Shown here one piece after another: positions 58,201-61,586 of a stretch of 61,586 bases of DNA. A program made the translations under genes and the position numbers. The stretch comes from an uncultured Clostridia bacterium (lineage in GTDB: Bacteria > Bacillota > Clostridia > Christensenellales > UBA1242), in assembly GCA_945928645.1 (NCBI GenBank), contig CAMENR010000004.1, positions 1 to 61,586 on the forward strand, given 5' to 3'. Below the pieces are notes generated by a model, which did no database searches, had not been told where the DNA came from, and worked only from the letters and a program-made list of their open reading frames with translations. Position 1 is the first letter of the stretch. Every line of letters begins with the position of its first letter.

Positions 58201-61053
58201 TCTATAACTCAAAATTATAAAACTACTGTAATTGAACCACAAAAACCGGTTTGGGAAGGTAAGTCATTTGCAGGATGGTATACAGATAGTAATTTTTCAA
58301 CTGCTTATGAATTTACAACAATGCCAGCACAAAATTTAACTTTATATGCAAAATGGGTTTCATATAGTTTAACTTTAAATTATACTGAAAAATATGCAAT
58401 TAAAGCTGATGATGAATTAGTACCCGCTTTTTTTGATGCGTCTGCAAGCGATACTGATGGTAGAAGTTTGGAAGTAAAATTAACAATATTAGCAGGTCAA
58501 CAAGTTGCAGGTGAAAAAATCTCAATTAGACTTGAGGCTAATGGATTATATTCAAAAAATGCATTCAAATCTTTTATAGACATAAAAGTTTATGATACAC
58601 CAACCATAAACTATGATAGCACTAAAGATTACATACTTATTTCAGATAAATTGAATCCTAAATTATTTAACTTGAGTGGTGTGAATTCTTTTGGAGAGGC
58701 GACAACTTGCAATGTGTCTGTTTTAGAAGGTGATTATGATGCGGGAGATATAATTACAATAATTCTTACATCAGAGGACCCTGCTGGCAATGTGGCACAG
58801 GTGGAAATACCAAATATAAAAGTATATGGAAAGCCAAACATTGATACAGGTGTTGAAAAAATAAAAGCATACAATACGAATGAGTTAACTCTTGATATGA
58901 TTAATGTTAGTGCAACAGATAATTTTGGAGAGTCAGTTGATTTAGAACTTGTGTCATGGGAAGTAAATTATAGTGGTTTATCAACAGGCTATGTAGATGG
59001 AAGTTTTTCTAAATACATTAAATTTGGAGAATCATTAACTTTCAAAGCATTTGCTACTGAAAAATATTCATTAGTTTGCACGGGACCTCAATCAGCGACT
59101 CATGGAACACAGACTGATTGGGTAAAGTGTCACGATGTTTATGGATATATATATGTGTATGATGTGGCAACTAATACTCAAATTAAATCGTTTACAATAC
59201 AAGAAGGGAAAAATACAACATTTACAATAGATGTAGTGGCAGGACAAGAATATAGGGTCACAACAAGCGTTCGTTGCAATAAGAGTAGTACGACACTTTA
59301 CGATAGTCACTATGGGGAATTAAGAGTAGTAAGTGAAACGCACACAGCAGATACTTCTATATTTGCTATCAGTGATTTTGTTGGAAAATATATTTATATA
59401 AACCTTAAGGCAACAGATAAATATGGTAATGAAACACAGGTAAGGAGACCTTTCTATGTTTGTTCAACACCAAAAATTTACTCTGGTAAAACAAAAGATT
59501 TCAGAGAAGATGATGAGATTACTCTTGAAAAACTAGGGGTTTTCGCTACTGATTCTACAGGAACTAGACTTACTGATGTTAAGTTAGAATTAATTGAGGG
59601 AACGCAGACCGCAGGTAGTGTATTGAAATATAGAGTTACAGCAACCGACTTTGTTGGAAATAGAGGAACGCTTATTATAAGTGGTATTAAGATATACGGT
59701 GCACCAACAATAGAATATTCGTGTGAAGGGTTGAAAAATACGGGAAATCCAGCGATTGATAAAACATCTTATACGGTATCATTTGACCTAAACGGTGGAA
59801 GTGGAACCGTAAAATCACAAGTTATTAATACTGAAGTTGGATTAGTTTATCCAAATATACCTGTTAAATCAAATTGTATTTTTACGGGATGGTATACTGA
59901 TAAAGAATGTACAAATCCTTTTGATTTTACTGCAACAGTGACAAAAGATTATAAACTTTATGCCGGATGGTTTTCAAGACCAACAGATTTGCTTAATCCA
60001 ACGACATTTAATCCATATTTATCAGACCAACAGGCTAAAAATGTTGTTAATAACAAAATTATAGGTAATTTTGATGTAATTTTTGCATCTTTGGAAAACA
60101 AAACATACAAAATAACAGGTACTGCAACTATGATGTCTGGATTGTTAGCCAATGATAGTTATTCTAATCATGGAGTTATATTTACATTAATTAATGCTCG
60201 AACATCTGAAGTAATTTCTTCCTATGTTGATTATCCAAATAAAAGTACAACAGGATTCAATTTTGATGCTAATATTGGGGATGTATTTATAATTACCGCT
60301 AGATATGAGAAAAATCGAAATGATACAAACATGACAGTAAGTATGAAACAAATTGATAAGCCTGTTGCAGGAGGAAAGACTGAACGACCTATTGTTGAAA
60401 CAGGCGCTCAAAATTATCTTAACGCAACAGCAACGGATAGTTTTGGTAATGAGTTGCAGGTATTTGCAACATTGAAATCAGGCATATTTGGAGCAGGCAA
60501 TACTGTAGTTTATACATTAATGGCAGAAGACCATCTTGGTAATGTGATTGAAATTGATACTGTGCCAATAAAGGTATATTCAGTAAATGATTTGAATCTT
60601 ACTTATAACGCTTATATAACTGACAGCATAAGCATAAATTCAAAAGGTGAGGAATTTTTAGCAAATACAAGCGATTCATTTGATGAAAAAGCAGATGTTT
60701 CAATTGAAATTGTTGACGGAATTTTTGAGCCTGGACAAGTAGTGTCTTTGAAACTGGTTGCAACTGATAAAGCTGGCAATACTAAAGAAAGTGATATAAT
60801 CAGTAATATAAAAGTATATGGGGATCCTACTATAACTTTTAATAGAAATGAATCAATTATTCACGAGACTGCTGATAATTGGATTTTACTATTCACTGCA
60901 GTAGATAGTTTTGGAGATGAACTTGAATGCGATGTGGAAATTATAGATGGCGAGAGAATTGCAGGTCAGCAAATAACAGTCAAAGTTACAGCAAGCGATG
61001 ATTTGGGTAATAAAGCAGAGCGAATCATTGTGTTGGATGTTATTGAAGATTAA
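55288..61053 (+). CDS. Giant mosaic cell-surface lipoprotein (Listeria-Bacteroides repeats, Big_2, BspA-type LRR, MBG-like, and seven ~60-aa Ig/HYR-like modules)
   Basis: Lipobox LTGC after a signal peptide. GYSFDGWF...WAKW and FAGWYTD...LYAKW / FTGWYTD...LYAGW (Listeria-Bacteroides repeat). Two Big_2-like units (SSNPSVVTVNNGKITGVSGGTATITA). LRR_5-type FAYCTSLENLSIP...FQDCSSLNSITLP. YDGNAKS...YTVKA MBG-like units. Repeated ..ATDSFGN...AGxxV...ATDxxGN....IKVYGxPTI modules from about 58430 onward. Confidence 0.85.
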   Translation: MKSKKLWMFISLIFVFSLVFGLTGCGGNGGGGKPTATLDYTIEFVVNDQVYHKEDKYSNMDSINLPTNPTRQGYSFDGWFLDRYSLTEQFDGTNLPENVENGKLKVWAKWSEVLISNIYLDQDNITMIEGTTSELNVSVYPSNALNKYFIWTSSDEEVVTVNNGIIQAINEGVATITVKTFDGKISDTCTVTVNPVVNVENITLDKSDLTINTGDSDTLNVSFMPVNASFKEVEWSSSNPSVVTVNNGKITGVSGGTATITAKAIRDNKTAQCVVTVLDVGDFDFVPYGNGYALAGYYGTDTNVTVPEKYNGKPVVAIGVSGSTTNPGGFYKCSNIISISLPTTINEISSGAFAYCTSLENLSIPNCKIIGSYAFQDCSSLNSITLPEDCQTISSAVFYRCNRLKNVTINGGDINSSIFLGNTTIEDLTIGDKVTKIDNGSFTNCTSLKSLTIPYIQSNFGDLFGSVMVSASVKDNCDCESYIGREYNYGGTHYIFQVPNGSIWYANERWFTYGNRDVMYQMEPIEVSSWSNYEIYATLYGSKITLDTYKAPSYARMKCYYIPRSLSLLTITNQAISKRSPYFNNCPFEIDILKKLPISKIELNGNTEVFIDEFDFSNYSFTVTRSDDTKETVKSFKDYISETDQELLKTLGTHSVTITYENFESVVNFVVKNHSFDNAVFNSDTVVYDGNAKSIFVTNIPEGTDVVYENNGQTENGEYTVKATLSKDNYDTKVLTAKLTIEKATYDMSKVVFNNKTVTYNKEVQSLDVENLPEGVYVTYENNNKIDAGTYNVVAKFSSSNPNYNEIADKRATLTIEQLELQVRFEGSTTVKYTGEVQKTISVYATNVIDGDDLEIDLDYSGAMVNAGTYTVTASIWHKNYKLTTNNTTRVRITREVHTITFRQEGQKDKVLSVYDLASCNKPAYIPVEGYTIEWEDVDLSCVTEDKVVNAILTPNEYTISFVSNGGSETDSITQNYKTTVIEPQKPVWEGKSFAGWYTDSNFSTAYEFTTMPAQNLTLYAKWVSYSLTLNYTEKYAIKADDELVPAFFDASASDTDGRSLEVKLTILAGQQVAGEKISIRLEANGLYSKNAFKSFIDIKVYDTPTINYDSTKDYILISDKLNPKLFNLSGVNSFGEATTCNVSVLEGDYDAGDIITIILTSEDPAGNVAQVEIPNIKVYGKPNIDTGVEKIKAYNTNELTLDMINVSATDNFGESVDLELVSWEVNYSGLSTGYVDGSFSKYIKFGESLTFKAFATEKYSLVCTGPQSATHGTQTDWVKCHDVYGYIYVYDVATNTQIKSFTIQEGKNTTFTIDVVAGQEYRVTTSVRCNKSSTTLYDSHYGELRVVSETHTADTSIFAISDFVGKYIYINLKATDKYGNETQVRRPFYVCSTPKIYSGKTKDFREDDEITLEKLGVFATDSTGTRLTDVKLELIEGTQTAGSVLKYRVTATDFVGNRGTLIISGIKIYGAPTIEYSCEGLKNTGNPAIDKTSYTVSFDLNGGSGTVKSQVINTEVGLVYPNIPVKSNCIFTGWYTDKECTNPFDFTATVTKDYKLYAGWFSRPTDLLNPTTFNPYLSDQQAKNVVNNKIIGNFDVIFASLENKTYKITGTATMMSGLLANDSYSNHGVIFTLINARTSEVISSYVDYPNKSTTGFNFDANIGDVFIITARYEKNRNDTNMTVSMKQIDKPVAGGKTERPIVETGAQNYLNATATDSFGNELQVFATLKSGIFGAGNTVVYTLMAEDHLGNVIEIDTVPIKVYSVNDLNLTYNAYITDSISINSKGEEFLANTSDSFDEKADVSIEIVDGIFEPGQVVSLKLVATDKAGNTKESDIISNIKVYGDPTITFNRNESIIHETADNWILLFTAVDSFGDELECDVEIIDGERIAGQQITVKVTASDDLGNKAERIIVLDVIED

Positions 61054-61065
61054 AAGGTAGTCTTT

Positions 61066-61500
61066 ATGGGAAATGTTATTGAAGATAGCCAACATGACGA
61101 AAAGTACTACACGCAATCTGATGAAAGTGTAGAAAGTTTGAAAATAGGACAGTTGGTGTTAATCACAAATAAGTCAGAAGAAAATAGAGTTAAGAAACTG
61201 CTTAATGAAACAGTTGAAGGAAATGCAATCATTCGTTTTGAATGGTACATTGTATATCATTTCTTCAAAACTGGATATAAGGCAAAATTTGAGTATATAG
61301 AGACTGATAACTTCAATACTTTTAATGATATTGGCAAAAAGTATGATGGCAAGAATAATTTGTGCATTCTTGAAATTAAGGATTATGATTCCGTAAATCA
61401 AGAACAGTTGCAATCATTATGGTCTAGTGTGGGAATTATGTCCGTGATGATTAATAAGGATATTCCATGTAAATTCAGATTTAACTATTTGTATAAATAA
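61066..61500 (+). CDS. Hypothetical protein
   Basis: 144-aa ORF starting 13 nt after the surface-protein stop. No recognisable motif. Confidence 0.5.
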   Translation: MGNVIEDSQHDEKYYTQSDESVESLKIGQLVLITNKSEENRVKKLLNETVEGNAIIRFEWYIVYHFFKTGYKAKFEYIETDNFNTFNDIGKKYDGKNNLCILEIKDYDSVNQEQLQSLWSSVGIMSVMINKDIPCKFRFNYLYK

Positions 61501-61586
61501 ATATTGTCGCAAGATAAGTCTAATTTCAGATACAGGCTAAAACCCCAGTAAAATCGGCACTTTCACGATTTCAAAAAATGCAAAAA

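Noticed and set aside
61066-61500. A toxin-antitoxin or immunity partner of the giant surface protein
   Set aside because: No toxin domain was recognised at the C-terminus of the surface protein, and the 144-aa ORF has no recognisable motif. There is no evidence beyond adjacency.
48529-61586. An intact prophage or phage-inducible island
   Set aside because: Only a regulator-like gene and half a terminase look phage-derived. No integrase, portal, capsid, tail, lysis or replication module was recognised in the window.

Overview
This is a low-GC, Bacillota-type (Clostridia-like) chromosomal segment. Positions 1 to about 47.9 kb form a dense, almost entirely plus-strand housekeeping block with Bacillus/Clostridium-like gene order: degV-like, radical SAM, patatin, ComEC-like MBL hydrolase and floA; then ruvC-ruvA-ruvB-queA-tgt-yajC-(small membrane protein)-secD-secF-recJ; then rpsO-pnp-deacetylase-M16 peptidase; then ftsK-rimO-pgsA-cinA-recA; then an HtrA-like lipoprotein protease, murG, parE-parC, a second deacetylase and a tandem-OB SSB-like gene. 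Exceptions inside this block are an orphan minus-strand gene at 23 kb and a small accessory patch at 35-39 kb (HTH gene, very divergent GH95-like protein with a Cys-rich insert, one orphan). From about 48 kb the character changes: it looks more AT-rich by eye (not computed), with orphan genes and mixed strands. That region holds a phage late-regulator-like gene, an SH3b-like membrane protein and a terminase large subunit cut off after its ATPase domain. Directly at that break lies a compact defence-like cassette. It consists of an 87-aa tandem-repeat protein transcribed divergently from a 192-aa DnaB-C-terminal-like mini-ATPase, a WYL regulator and a translationally coupled DUF262-DUF1524 (GmrSD/BrxU-type) nuclease. 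A 1921-aa mosaic surface lipoprotein and an orphan follow. The cassette is the best candidate for something new. The WYL-GmrSD pair is a known theme, but the mini-ATPase and the repeat protein are not components of any named system I recognise. I recognised no rRNA, tRNA, CRISPR array, transposase or integrase. All calls come from reading motifs in the supplied translations and the DNA; no searches were run.
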